A stretch of DNA of 63,748 bases, counting the filler, from Kipferlia bialata (Eukaryota): NCBI GenBank assembly GCA_003568945.1. It is 4 parts of 4 records of this genome, joined end to end, with 100 filler letters (N's around TTAATTAATTAA, not from the genome) between each part and the next. Parts side by side here need not be neighbours in the genome. Positions count along the whole stretch, not along the records: positions 40,305 to 60,345 come from BDIP01000400.1; 3 more parts are not named here. One strand, written 5' to 3'. This document shows, in pieces, positions 40,385 through 55,636 of this stretch. The notes beneath the pieces were generated by a model. The model worked only from the letters and a program-made list of their open reading frames with translations. It had not been told where the DNA came from and did not search any database. How positions within the stretch are numbered: position 1 is the first letter of the stretch; each line of letters starts with the position of its first letter. The position numbers were made by a program, and so were the translations under genes.

Positions 40385-41531
40385 TGCTCAATGACTGGTT
40401 CCAACTCTGACACGATGCTCTTGTAGTCCACACCACCTCTCTCCCTCTCTCTCTCTGGGGGTGTCTCGACAGAGGCCCCAGGGGGAGGGGGGGTGGAGGG
40501 GAGGACCTGGGGATTAGTAATACTAAGGCAGATAGTATATATAAATATATATAAGTATATATAGTATATGTAGATGCCCCAGGGGGAGGGCAGGACCTCG
40601 GTATGAGCATCAGCACAGAGTAGATATATATATATAAATATATATTTATACCTGTGCCGGCCCCTCCCTCCCTGCCAGTCTCTCCACCTCTATGCTATAC
40701 TATATATACATAATTATTCTAATTATAATACTATATATATATATCAATGTATACCTGTGCCGGCCCCTCCCTCCCTGTCACTGCCAGCCTCTCCACCTCT
40801 AGCTGCAGCCTATCAGCATACATCTGCTCAAAGTCAGCACGGGCCTGGAGGTCAGGGCGAGTCAAAGAACTATGAAGTGTCAAACATTAATATGCACACT
40901 ACATACCTGTGCCAGCCTGTGCTCGAACTGGCTCTTCACATTGGTACATCACTAAATACATATTCATTATAATACCTATATATATATATTACTATACATA
41001 TAGTATCATATACCTGTGCCAGCCTGTGCTCGAACTGGCTCTTGACCTTGGCAAGGCGGGTCTCGTACTCCTCCTTCTCAGCCTCTGAAGTGAGTGATAT
41101 ACACAGTCAAAACACACAATGCCTATATACATATATAGAGCACAACCTTAATACACATATATATGTAGGGGGGCTCATACTCCTCCTTCTCAGCCTCTGA
41201 AGTGAGTGCCAAATACTGTAAGAACACACATATATATATATATATATTGAGACCATAACCCCAATATATATACAGAGTCTCATACTCCTCCTTCTCAGCC
41301 TCTGATGTCAGTGTAAGATACATCTATAGACTGGGTAATGAATATATGTATTCCATCTCATCTGATGAAGTTCAATCACTTTGACTCTTACCTCTCTCCA
41401 CCTCCCGTTCCAGCTGTCTCTCCCTCTCCCTCTCCTCCTCCCTGGAGGAGAGTAGAGTCTGGCATTAGTCCTGGTGTGCAAATATTTAATATATATATTT
41501 AATATATATTTAATATATATTTAGTATATGA

Positions 41532-41562
<31 letters not shown>

Positions 41563-44500
41563 GGACAGTAGAGTCTGGCATTAGTAGCGGAAGGTGTGAG
41601 GCAAGAGAACGACTGTATGTGGTGGGGATACTGATACGGCAACCCTCACACCCACACAAGCACTCAGAGGACAAAACTGACCGAATATGAAATAGAAATG
41701 TATCTGTGCACATCTATACCTGATACTCCTGCTGGAGAGCGACGTTGCGAGCCTCAATGTCTGCCTGATGGTAAGTGGATAGATATCACTAGTGGAAATA
41801 TATCATAAATAAGAGACCTTTTCAGCCAATAGACTATATAGTATATAATAGGAGAATGTAGTTGTATCAGCGGAGCAAACGGGCCCAATCACAAAAATGA
41901 ATTAATAATCTACGAGAAACAATGATTCAAACCTTGAACTGGGCCTCCATCTCTGCGATCTTGACATAGTAATATGTTATAAACTATACACTATATCCTA
42001 TACACTATATCTTATACATTATTATATCTTATACACCATATCTAACCTTAAACTGGGCCTCCATCTCTGCGATCTTGTCGTTGAGCTGGGCCGGAATGGC
42101 AACGGTCTACAGTTAGAGCAAATGACATGATAGTAGGGTCTTTAATAGTACAGTGTGACGATATATATGTTACCTGCTCCACAATGCTGTCTCTGAGCCG
42201 CTCCTTCTCTCTCTCTCTCTCCTCCTCGACCTCCTCTAGCCGTGCAAGGGTCTCTCTCTCTCTCTCCTCATTGGCTAGCACCATGGCCTGGTATTATATA
42301 AAGGAATATATATATATATATATACATTGTATACCATATCCTGTTGTCAGGGGGAGAGGAAACACACAGGTCTACATACACATATATAGTACATATAATT
42401 AAGAATATATATGTATGAACAAATACATGCTGTATAGACCTCATTGGCTAGCACCATGGCCTGTTGTTAAAGAGCAATATACAAATGTATGTGTGTGTTA
42501 TCCGCACATTTGGCCCATATATATATGTCCCGGAAATATATACATACAATGTATATATATCCATATATTAACATACACACCTGGTACTTAACCTCCTGGT
42601 CCGCACATCTGGCCTGGAGTTCAGCTAGAGTGTCGGCACTGGCCTGCTCTCTCTCCCTGTCGGCCTCTCTCTCCCTCTCGAGGGCGGCCACTGCCTCTAG
42701 CGCTAGGTCTCTCTCTCTCTCCCTCTCCTTCAGCGCGTCCTGCTTCTCTCTCTCCACCTCTGACAGGGTATCGGCACTCTCTCTCTCAGCCTGCTCTCTC
42801 AGCCTAGCAGCCTCTGCGGCCCTGGCCTCTGCATCCTCTCTCTCTCTCTCAACCTGCTGCCTCTCACTCTCTGCCTCGGCCAAGGACACCTCGAGAGCCT
42901 CCTTCTCCCTCTCAGCCTCTCTCTCTCTCTCTCTCTGCCCCTCCAGCTCCTGAGCTAGGGCAGCAATCTTGGCCTCAGCTGCCGCCGCTGCGACCTCTCT
43001 CTCCCTCCCACCCTCTCTCTCGGCCTCGAAGGCGGTCTGGGATGCCTCGATCTGCATCTCCAGCTGGGAGTGCCTGTGCTTGGCATCTCTCAGGGCCTAG
43101 GGGGTCAGATATAATTAAAACTATATATGATATATGATATATAGATATAATGAGAGAGTGTGCCTGTGCTTGGCATCTCTCAGGGCCTACTTGGTTAGAT
43201 GTATATATATATAGAGAGAGAGATAGAACGAGAGAAAGAGAGAGAGGGTGTGTGCCTGTGCTTGGCATCTCTCAGTGCCCGGGTGAATAAGGGTGTAGAG
43301 AGAGAGAGAGAGAGAGAGAGACGGACCTGAGTGACAGCGGTGAGCTGGTCGGACAGAAGCTTCATATTGTGCTGATACTGACTGGGATCAGATAGGAAAG
43401 AAAGTGTGAGAGAGGGAGAGAGAGAGATAGCAGCTCTATATTGTGCTGATACTGATTGGGGTGAGGGTGAAAGATAATACCATATATAAAGGGAAACAAA
43501 GAAAGTGTGTGTGAGAGAGGAAGGGAGAGAGCTGTGCTCGATACTGACTAGAGTGAGGGAGAGAGAGGGAGAGAGGGAAAAGGCAAGGATGCAACGAAGG
43601 AGAGACATATTCATATATATATCAAAGAGACAAATAGACATAGAACAGAAAAAGAGAGAGAGAGAGGGCAGTAAGGCAACGAAGTAAGGATACACATATA
43701 TAACAGGACAAAGCAAGATATAAAGTATGTGCCAGAACGAGGGAGAGAGAGAGAGGGAGAGCGAGGGAGAGAGAGAGGGGGGGAGAGAGAGAGAGAGAGA
43801 GTACCTAGTCTGTTCCATGAGGAGGTGCTCGTATGTGGATGTCTGCCCCTCCTGTCCCTGTACCATGGTGAGGGGTGTGATGGGTGCAACACCTGGGGAC
43901 ACAGGCCTGGGGGGTAGACGGAGGTGGGTATAGTGTATACATTATGGAAGTCAGATGCCGTACGTGAGAGGGGCAGCAGTGCTCGTGAGGACTGGGAGAG
44001 GGAAGATATAGAATGGATGTAGAATATACAACATATATATACTAGTACAGCCGTACCTGATAGAGGCAGTGGTACAACATGGATGTAAAATACACTATGT
44101 ACAAATATATATCAGTACAGCAATATACAATATATATACATTAGTATAACCGTACCTGATAGAGGCAGTACTGCCAAGGACTGGGGACTGTGAGAGACTG
44201 CTGATGGGGAGTGGGAGGGAGGACACCGCTGGAGACTGCTCTGAGGGCTGCACAGGGGAAGGGGTGGAGGGAGAGACACTTGGTGGGGTGGGGACAGAAG
44301 CAGAAGTGGAGGGGCTAGTGACACTGGAGGGGCTAGACCCAGTGGGGGGAGGGGAGGGAAGAGACGCAACGGCAGGCTCACCCATGTCTGCCTCGCCCTC
44401 CTCCTTCTCAGGCTCTCTCTCTCTCTCTTCCTCCCTCTCTTCCTCCTTCTCAGCCTCAGACCCATCCGACTCATACATCTCAGAGTCACTGTAGGCACTG

Positions 44501-46027
44501 AGGGCATCGGTCTTGGTGGTTGCCTCTGTTAAGGGTGTAGCCTTGGTTAAGGGTGTAGTCCCTCTAGCCTCGGGAACCGGAGCGACCTCAGGTGTAAGGC
44601 CCTGGGCAGCAAACTTCTTGCGGAGGACAACGTCTGGATGTCAACTCACTTCATAATGTACCAAATGCATATACATACATGTATATACATATATATACAC
44701 CCACTCACCCTGCACCACCCCCTGGAGTATGCCATGCACCATGACGGCATAGGTACCCTCGGCCAGGAGCTGGGGTGAAAAGGGTAATCCATAAATATAT
44801 GTATATTATTCATATTCATTGCTGTACACTGCTAGAAACTGTCCCTATTTAGAGAGAAATGGTAAATTGATGGGAGAAATAGAGATAGAACACAGTATGT
44901 GAGAGAGGAGAAGGTAACACTACCTGGACTGGGAAGATTGAACACAATACGCAGTATGATAGGGTAATATACACTACATAACACTACCTGGACTGGGAGG
45001 ACACTGGCAATGTCCTCTGCCACTGCCACTTCAGAGTTAACTCTCTCTTCGTCTCTGGCTGTGGAGTAGAGTGCAGGGTCTACAGCAGTCTCTCTGCCTG
45101 CCAGCGTTGCCCCTCTCTCCCCCTCTGTAGAGAGAGCAGTAGTAGCAGGGCTGGTGGAGATGGCCGAGGCGTACATAGACTCTCTCTCTCTCTCTCTCTC
45201 CCTCTCCGCCTTGGGCACTGACTCTACTAGGGATAGGACACCAGGGTACGAGACAGGCTCACCAGAACTGGAATGAGAAGGAAGAGAAGCTAGCAGTAGA
45301 TGGAGAGATATACACTCACTTACACATGTATATAAAATGTATAAATACAAATATCTACCTCATCTGGAAGACAGTCAGGCAGAGCAGGACCAGATCGAGA
45401 GCAAAGAGTCCCCTGCTGTCCTCAGCCCCATCTGGACCAGTCAGGACCGGGTCCTCCGGGGTCAAGCCAAGGATGTGCATACAGACAGTCAGCGTCAGAG
45501 ACTGGGCACTTGGGAGGAAGGAGAATACATCGGCTGGGGTTAGACTATTCATTATATTATACAATACTCACAAAATGTATCTACTGGTGATATGTATACT
45601 GAGATATGTTATAGAACCCACCTAGTATCTCCTTGAAGTACTTGCCCTGCACCCTAACTATACAGTATAGGCATAGGTATGGTCTCTTTAACGATATGTT
45701 ACTAAACCATAGTCACCTAGGATCTCGTTGAGTTATTATATATATCCATACCTAGGATCTCCTTGAGGTGCTTGCCCTGCACCCTCACTATACAGTATAG
45801 GCATAGGTATGGCCTCTTTAATATATATATATAATATATATAACCAACCTAGGATCTCCTTGAGGTGCTTGCCCTGCACCCTCACTGTCTCAAGGCCCTC
45901 GTCCATCAGGAGGCGCCCCCCTCTCTCCCCCTCCCCACTTGGCATAAAGAGTCTAGAGGAGGGGCTCCCTGTGATGCCACTATCCCAGTCCTGGGGCTGG
46001 TACTGGAAGATGGAGTGCACAGCACGG
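40385..46027 (-). CDS. Hypothetical coiled-coil protein, multi-exon, both ends missing
   Basis: Long E/R/A-rich helical exon (about 42590-43100), a Pro/Ser-rich exon (about 44155-44635) and many small GT-AG exons. The first visible exon follows an acceptor at 46028-46030. Confidence 0.65.
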
Positions 46028-46123
46028 CTGACATAAGTCGGGGGGGGGGGGGGGGGAGATTAAAATGAGATCAAATATATACCCCCCCCCCCCCCCCACC
46101 CCTTCCACTTTCCCCACCCCTTG

Positions 46124-46961
46124 ATGTTGCTTACACACAGGGAGCACGCTCTGAAGAGGCCTGATACCTACATTGACAGTGTGGAGATCAGGACACAGGT
46201 ACATATATTGTTAATATTGTCTCTGTTTCCCTACATAATCCTTTGGGATACTCTACATATAGTATCTACTCTACATTGACAGTGTGGAGATCAGGACACA
46301 GGTATGCATATATTGTTATAATATTGATCTCTGTTTCCTTACTATATTCTCTGTCTAGATCTAATCCTCAATAATGTGCTTCCCTTTGTATACACATGTG
46401 GACACTCGCCTGTTGGATACTCAATATAGAGTATCTACTCACCTCAGCTTGCCTGGGTGTGGGAGAATGACACCCTGGTCCACAGGGAGACATCATTTGT
46501 GCCAGGTACCCTCTCTCTCTCTCTCTCTCTCTCTCACGCTCTCTTCAGATTTCACACACTCTCTCTCTCTTTAGACCTCTGTCCACACATCTAGTATGCC
46601 TCTGAAACAAGCATCATTATATATACACCCCGTCTGACCCAAGCCTTGTCAAGCTGTTCGATGAGGTCATTGTCAAGAAGAATTATGTTTTCTTTCTGTC
46701 TATCGATCTATATCTCTCTGTATATGAGTACAACTGTATCTGACCCAGGCCTTGTCAAGCTGTTCGATGAGGTCATTGTCAATAAGCACCATTATGTCTT
46801 TCTATCTATATAACTATCCACCTATATCTATCTATGTCTTCAATGTATATTATCTGACCCAGGCCTTGTCAAGCTGTTCGATGAGGTCATTGTCAATGCC
46901 AGTGACCACAGACAGAACCACATCAAGGTATACATATATATATATATATCCAGAGCTCATG

Positions 46962-47029
<68 letters not shown>

Positions 47030-47668
47030 TAGCTAATCATCAGGAGGTGAAGCACATCCAGGTCCACCTCTCTCTCTAATTATACATCTTTCTCTCTCTC
47101 TCTCTATGTATATATATGAGTATACCTGTCTCTAACTATCAGGAGGTGAAGCACATCCAGGTCCACCTCGACCAGGCAACTGGCAGGTATGCAGATATAT
47201 ATATGTATAATCCTGAGTACATATGAATGTATATCTATATGATATATATATATATATATATCATATAGAAATCTCGACCAGGCAACTGGCAGGTGTGATG
47301 ATGATAATTGTACCAGCCACACACTTAGAGTCCATTTGAGTATGTGATATATATATACATACATATATCTCTATGAGCATTACCCACCCACAGGATATCC
47401 GTCAAGAACGATGGACCTGGTATCAGGATCGAGATGCACAAGGTATTCTCATTCTATTGAATAATAGTATTCTAATCTCTCTCTCTAACTTCTCTCTCTT
47501 TCCCCCTTATATCTCAGGTCTCAGGCCTGGTGCTCAGCCAGCTCATCCTCCATTCTCTCTCTCTCTCTATATATATATGTATGTATTAATATACCCATTT
47601 GTATATGTATGTACCTAATACCCCAGGCCTCAGGCCTGATGCTCCCCCAGCTCATCTTCCTCGTTCTC

Positions 47669-47706
<38 letters not shown>

Positions 47707-49423
47707 ATCAGGCATCAGGCTTGATGCTCCCCCAGCTCATCTTTGGAGAGCTGAGGACATCCTCCAACTACGACGACACAGACGAGAGAGTCACAGGTAT
47801 TGGTGTATCTATACACTACTATAATGGGGAATGGTATATATGTATATATATATATACTACGACACGGACGATGGATCACAGGTACTGATAACTATCATTA
47901 TTATATAGTTGGGAATGACATATGTGTATGTATATATTCATGACGACACAGACGAGAGAGTCACAGATACATGATAGTGGAGAATGACATATCTATATAT
48001 AACCATATGTTTATATATATATATGGCGACACAGACGAGAGAGTCACAGATACTGATGTATGTATAGTGGGAAATTGCATATCCATTGTATTCTGAGCAT
48101 GTATGTTGTGTATATATTCCCGTGGATGTTGTTGAGTGTGTATGTATTATGTATTCATCATGGTGGTCTAACCCCCAGGTGGCCGTAATGGATACGGAGC
48201 CAAGCTGGCCAACATCTTCTCTCGGTATGTACATATATATAAATATATATATATAAGCATATATAGTAGTGCAGTAGTATAGTATACAAAAAAAAAAATA
48301 TATATACATAATGTGTTACGGAGCCAAGCTGGCCAACATCTTCTCCCGGTATGTATACAAGTGTTATGTTCTTTTCTACGATTCTATGCGATCTCGTATT
48401 GAATATCTAGTGTGTTTCTTTCTCTTTCCATTACCCCTTGTTGTTTGCCTCTGTTATCTCTCCCCCTCCACTGGCCTCTTAAGTACTCTGTTCATACAAG
48501 TGTGATATACACATATATATATATATATCAATATAATTATTATCTTCATACTAACACCAGTGAGTTCACTGTGGATGAAAGGTCCAAGAGACCGACCTAT
48601 CATATATATCTATATATATGTATATTGCATGTATCTCTCTCTCTCTCTCTCTCTGTCTGTCTCTACCCCCCTAACACCAGTGAGTTCACTGTGGAGACTG
48701 TGGATGGCAACAAGTCCAAGAGATACACCCAAGTGTGGACCAACAACATGAAGGACTGTGCTCCTGCCACAATCGAGAAGGTATCCCATGCATTATATAT
48801 ATATATATATATATACACGACTCACCCCAGGTCAGCAAGTCCACCAAGCCCTACACCAAGATCAGCTTCATCCCCGACTACCGCTACTTCAAGCTGTCAG
48901 GTACTACACACACACATATATATATATACATGAGTATGTACATATATTGACATGTATCTCTCCATATAAACCAGTTCATACTGCTGTGAGGGATATTATT
49001 GCCATTTTCCTGCTCTCTTCATCTCCACCCTCATATTCTCTCTTTCTCTCTCTTTCTCTAGACCCTTATGTCAGGCCTTGACAATGACCACATGGTCATG
49101 ATGACCTCTCTATCTCTCTCTCTCTCTCCCTCTAGACCCTTATTTCAGGCCTTGACAATGACCACATGGCCATGATGGCCAAGAGGACACTCGACATTGC
49201 TGGATGCAACGACAAGCTCAAGGTATACTACACGTGTGATGATGGATATTGTACACATATATATTAATATATGGTAATATATATATGATGCAACGACAAG
49301 CTCAAGGTATTGTATATGATTATACATATTAATGTATTTACATATGTATATGTAATGCCTCTAATGCCCTGGTATCCCTCAACGGTGTGCCCTTTGGTGC
49401 CGATGGATATTATCCCTCTCTCC

Positions 49424-49454
<31 letters not shown>

Positions 49455-50617
49455 CTTATACACATATATAATGCCTCTAATCACTAGGTCTCTCTCAACG
49501 GAGGTGCCTTGGGAGTCGATGAATATTATACAAAAATACATAAACATTGATACATGTATATGAATATATACATATATATATATATATATATACATATATA
49601 CGTTGTGAGTCTTATGCCTAGGTCTCCCTGAACGGTGTCCCCTTTGGTGTCGATGGCTTTGAGGACTACGTCAAGATGTTCTTCAGATCGGCATTCCCAG
49701 GTACATTGTTATATATGTAAGTATGAACATACATTATACATACATATTATTCTCGGCATTCCCAGGTACACTACTATCTGAACCGACTCTAATTGAATAT
49801 ATATATATCTGTTCTCTCAATCATATGAGTGTATGATATCCCCCCGCCCCCCCCCCCCACTAATAGTACCCATCAGACATATATATACATATATGTAAAT
49901 ATTAGTGTCTATCCATTCCTTAACCCCAGACCTCTGCCACGTGGATAGATACCTCTCTCTCTATATATATATATCTATCTATATATATATATATATATGC
50001 ATTGCCTCACCCCCAGACCTGTGCCACGTGGATGAGGACCCAGAGGAGGACAGTGATGTCATCGACGAGGTGAGGGGGCATAACAGTATATACACTGATG
50101 AAGCATATATAGTAGTATGTTGTATAATAGTATGCCCTCGAACCCCAGGACAGTGATGTCATCGATGAGGTGAGGGGTCATGACAGTATATATCATATTG
50201 TCATATACATCATACATGCCCTATGTATATATCAGTGTCACTCTCCATGTGGATTGATGTCATCGATGAGGTAATGGGTCATAACAGTATATACACTATA
50301 ATACCTGTGTATGTACTATCCCTGTTGTGAGTGTCAGAGACAGAGAGAAGGAGAGAGATAGGGAGAGAGAGATGATACTATCATCGGTGACTTTATCAAT
50401 ATGTACTGATGTCAGTATACGTAAGGGGTATAGGCTAGTATGCCATCTAACACTAGGACAGCATCAAGAAGAAGAAGCGTCAGTATCAATGTATATATAT
50501 GAATGGATATGTGTTTGCATATATATTATCTAACACTAGGACAGCACCAAGAAGAAGAAGAAGAAGCCTGCCAAGAAGGCCCCTGAGGACAAGTACATTG
50601 CATACGCTAAGGTACAT

Positions 50618-50650
<33 letters not shown>

Positions 50651-53600
50651 AATATATATGTCAACTGAATGCTAATCTCTGACACCTCATGTCCTATTGT
50701 ATCTCTTCTGAGTTGCGTCTACCTCCCCTCCCCCACTCATATATTCCAATTGATCTCATCTAACTCCCCCTCTCACCCTACCTCCCCTCCCCCACTCATG
50801 CATTCCAATGAATCTCATCTAACCCCCCCTCTCACCCTAGGTCTCTGACCGCTTCGAGGTTGCTGTCACCCAGACCCCCTCCGGTGCATTTGAGCAGATA
50901 TCATTCGTCAACAGCATCAACACATACGCAGGGTGGGTGTTGTTGTATCTCTCTCTATATATATATACACGCATATATGTATATAGTCCAATTGTCCCCA
51001 TGTGGACTGTGTGGCACATCTCCAACTCTCTCTCTCTCTATCTCTCTTTCTCTCTCTATATATACATTATTATGAATACATCTCACCCCAGTGGCTCCCA
51101 TGTGGACTGTGTGGCGGACCAGCTCATGAAGCCTATCCAGGACGAGGTATGGAGTATATATATGTATATATATATATGTGTATATGAATATATATGTGTG
51201 TACAATGTATTAGTATGACATCCCCCTCATTCCCGACGAGGTATATATATACCCTATTGTCAGTTCATGTGAATGTAGTTAAATACTTTTACATATGATT
51301 AGTAATTATAGTATTATGATAGTATTATAGTACTTAGTGTGACATCCCCCTCATTCCCAGGTCATGAAGAAGTCCAAGCTGGGCAAGGACGAGAAGCCAC
51401 CCTCCAAGGGACAGGTTGGTACTACCTGCATATGTGTATATGCCTGTATTAGTGCATGTATATGCATCTGCACTTTGCTGGTCTCGGTTTGTCACATGTT
51501 GCATCTATACTGGCACTCTCCTACTGTGAAGTCTTATTCTCTAGTGACTCACTTCCAGGTCAAGAGCAGGATCTGGCTCTTTGTGAGGTCCCTGGTCATC
51601 AACCCATCCTTCAACAGCCAGGTGCCCGCTTCTCTCTCTCCCTCTCTCTCTTAGTTTGATATATGCATTCTCTCTCTAGATTCGATACGGTGTCTGTCAC
51701 CTCCTGGCAAGCAACCCCTCCTTAAGCACCCCTCCCCTTTGCTCTATCGCAGTTTCCATCTCCTCAATACATGGTCCTACAGTATCTCTCTCTAGCCCCT
51801 TATTTTAGGCCAAGTCTGTACTTGGCACCACCACCTCCTCCTCTCTCTCTCTCTCTTTCTCTCTCCCTCTAGCCCCTTATTCCAGGCCAAGTCTGTGCTT
51901 GGCACCACCTCCTCCTCCTTTGCCATGGACTGCCAGATAGCACCTGCATTCCTCAAGGTGTGTCCATAAGTATATATGTCAATACACACATGTATATTGT
52001 TACGACAAGAATATGTGCTGAGTGAACACCCTCTCACTATGTTACTATTCCTTCCTCACCCTCTAGAAGATTGTCAAGCTCCCCCTCCTCGCTGACATTG
52101 TGGATCTGGCCATCGTCAACAGGTACTAATTAACATATATATACATATATGTATACATATATAGATATATACGCATATATATATATAGGATATTTACAGT
52201 TATATGCTGACATTGTGGATCTGGCCATCGTCAACAGGTATTTGAGTATAACCATAATAGTATTGTGTATATACATGTTTCTATACCCATTATCATACAC
52301 ATGCATATATATATATATGCTGACATTGTGGATCTGGCCATCGTCAACAGGTATGTGTGATGATAACACTATCATGTATCATATATCGTATATCATAAAT
52401 ACGAATATATATATTATGGATATGTACTTTTATATGCTGACATTGTGGATCTGGCCATCGTCAACAGGTATGTATATTTGAATGGACGCATATTATTTAA
52501 TGCATCACATATATATGATGCGAATTATTAGTATGTTTGATCGTGAATGGCTTTTCTATCTTGCGAATGTGTGTATATTTTACCACTCATCCCAGGTCCA
52601 AGGAGCTATCTGTGTATAATGCTCAATATTAATATGCCTATAATAATCTAGGTATTGAATGTATTATTATATATATCATTAATACTCACCCCAGGTCCAA
52701 GGAGCTGAAGACTCACTGAAGAAGAGTGACTCTCATTCATATGTATACTTTATGTATATTACACATATCTATATTTACTATATATATATATTTACTATAT
52801 ATTTATATATCAACTGTACTCACCCCAGGTCCAAGGAGCTGAGCAAGAGTGATGGCACTTTTCTAACTATTCTGTGTATAATGCTCAATATTATTATATC
52901 TATGATAATATATATATCATTTCTTACTTACCCCAGGTCCAAGGAGCTCAAGAAGAGTGACGGCACCAAGAAGGCCAGGGTGAGGGGCATTCCCAAGCTG
53001 GATGACGCAAACCACGCAGGACAGGTGGGTATCTACAATATATATATGAAGAGTGTATATATATATCATATATCAAAATTAATGTGCATTATACATATGT
53101 GCCAAGCTGGATGACGCCAACCACGCAGGACAGGTGGGTATGCATTTGTATTAACATATATACCCCCTCTCAACCGCTGTATCTCCTTTATGAATATATA
53201 TACACCCCATATGCACCTAACATCCAGGGCAATATCATTATACTATATATATATATATATATATATATTATTCTATACAATATAATATTGTATTGCATTA
53301 ACCCCCAGGGCAAGAAGGCCCAGCAGTGCACCCTTATAGTATATATCACTATAGTCATAATGTCTCTCTCTCTATATATATGTATGTATATACCCCCTAA
53401 TCCCCAGGGCAAGAAGGCCCAGCAGTGCACCCTCATTCTGACAGAGGGAGACTCTGCCAAGACACTCGCTGTGGCAGGTATATATATATACATACATATA
53501 TACATATATATTTACCCATACTCCCAACCATTTATGCATTTAGAGACTCTGTCAAGATACTCGCTGTGGCAGGTATGGTGTTGAGTATATACATCCTATT

Positions 53601-54936
53601 TCCCACCCAAACACCATACGCTCCTCTGTCCTTCCACTACTCTGACCCCCTAGGTCTTGAGAATGTGGGCATAGACCCAACCCACTCATACACATATATA
53701 TATGTACCTAAATATACTATATACATACAGTGCGTATTCCTTTCTGACCCCCTAGGCCTTGAGATTGTGGGCAGAGACAAGTACGGAGTGTTCCCACTCA
53801 GAGGTATGTGTATGGATATGTATAGGTATACAGAAAACACACACATATATATATCAAGTGCACAGTTTGACAAATATCTACTCTGAATATTTGGTTCATT
53901 TGTATTACTATGACAGTGTCTCACCTTCAGGCAAGATGCTGAATGTCAAGGGTTTTTCTGTATTACTTCAAGTGTATTTATATATTGTTTGTGAGTACCA
54001 ATCTATCTCACCCTCAGGCAAGATGCTGAATGTGAGGGGCGCCAAGGCCAAGCAGATTGCAGAGAACACTGAGATCTCGTACATCAAGCAGATCATGGGT
54101 GAGGACTGCAACCCACATGCTATTTATACCAGTTACTAGAGACCAGATGGTTAAGCATATCCTCCTCACACCTAGATCTCAAACAGGGCGTGGACTACTC
54201 TGATACAATGATTGATTGATCATACGTCTATATATATACGTGTGTAGATGTGTATGTGTATTCTCATCTATCAGGTCTCAAGCAGGGCGTGGACTACTCT
54301 GATGATGCCAACTTCGCCCGTCTCAGATACGGGCACATCATGATCATGGTATGTTGATATGTATTCAGATTTCCTTGATAAGTAAATACTCCTCCGGTAC
54401 TGTGTGCAGAACTCAATACCCATCTTGACTTTGCATACTGTATCATGTTCGTATCCCGCAATCCTGGTCGACCAGGATCCTATTGTATAGTAGAAGTGTA
54501 TATATAGCATCACAAAACCTTATGCCAGGTTGATCAGGATCACGATGGATCCACACATAAAGTATAATGTATATACAATGTATATATAGTATTCTATCCC
54601 CTCATTTCAGGTTGAGCAGGATCCAAACATAATAATGTATAATGTATATATAGTATTTCTTTAGTACATATATTGTACCAACCTCTCATGCTTGATATAT
54701 ATATATATTGTCTATATAGCATCATATCCCCTCATTTCAGGTTGATCAGGATCACGATGGATCCCACATCAAGGGCCTCGTCATCAACTTCATCCACAGG
54801 TGGGTAGGCCTGAATTCTTATGTTATAGGATACTTATGCACATGTGTATGTGTGCTTCCGCGTTGTAGTGTATCCATGCTTATTGTATACATATTGACGT
54901 TTCAGGTTCTGGCCCATCCTCCTCAAGAGGCTTGCC

Positions 54937-54989
<53 letters not shown>

Positions 54990-55605
54990 ATATATGTGTA
55001 TATGTATGAGTATATGGGTAGCACACATATACTCACCTTCAGGTTCTAGCCCACCCTGCTCAAGAGGCATGCCCCATTATATATACACCTATATATATAT
55101 GTATATATATATGTATGAATCTGATACCTATATCAGTCCTATATATGTATCTCACCATTAGGTTCTGGCCCACCCTGCTCAAGAGGCGTGGCTTCCTGGT
55201 TGAGTTCATCACTCCCATTGTGGTGGCCAAGAGGGGGACAGGCAGGAACCAGAGGTCGGATGTACGGGGACTTAATATATACAGTGTCTCTCTGTATTTT
55301 CTATTCTCACGGTCAGACCTTCGATACCAACCCCTTTTATACATGTTTACTCTATATATATAATAATGTATTGTATTCTTACTGTCAGACCTTCTATACC
55401 ATCCCCTAGTATATGTGTTATGTCTCTCTCTATATGTTGTATATATACTCTAATCACCACCAGACCTTCTACACCATCCCCGAGTACGAGGCCTGGCGTG
55501 ATGCCCTGAGCCAGACGGACAAGAGGGGGCTGGCCGTCAGATACTACAAGGTATGGGCATGTATATACTATATTATATATATATGCATATACTTTAATGA
55601 TTATG

Positions 55606-55636
<31 letters not shown>

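Noticed and set aside
52091..52470. CRISPR-like array (35-nt repeats with unique spacers)
   Set aside because: The repeat is the 3' end of a TOP2 exon plus its GT donor. Spacers are about 80 nt of low-complexity intron DNA, there are no cas genes and the context is eukaryotic.
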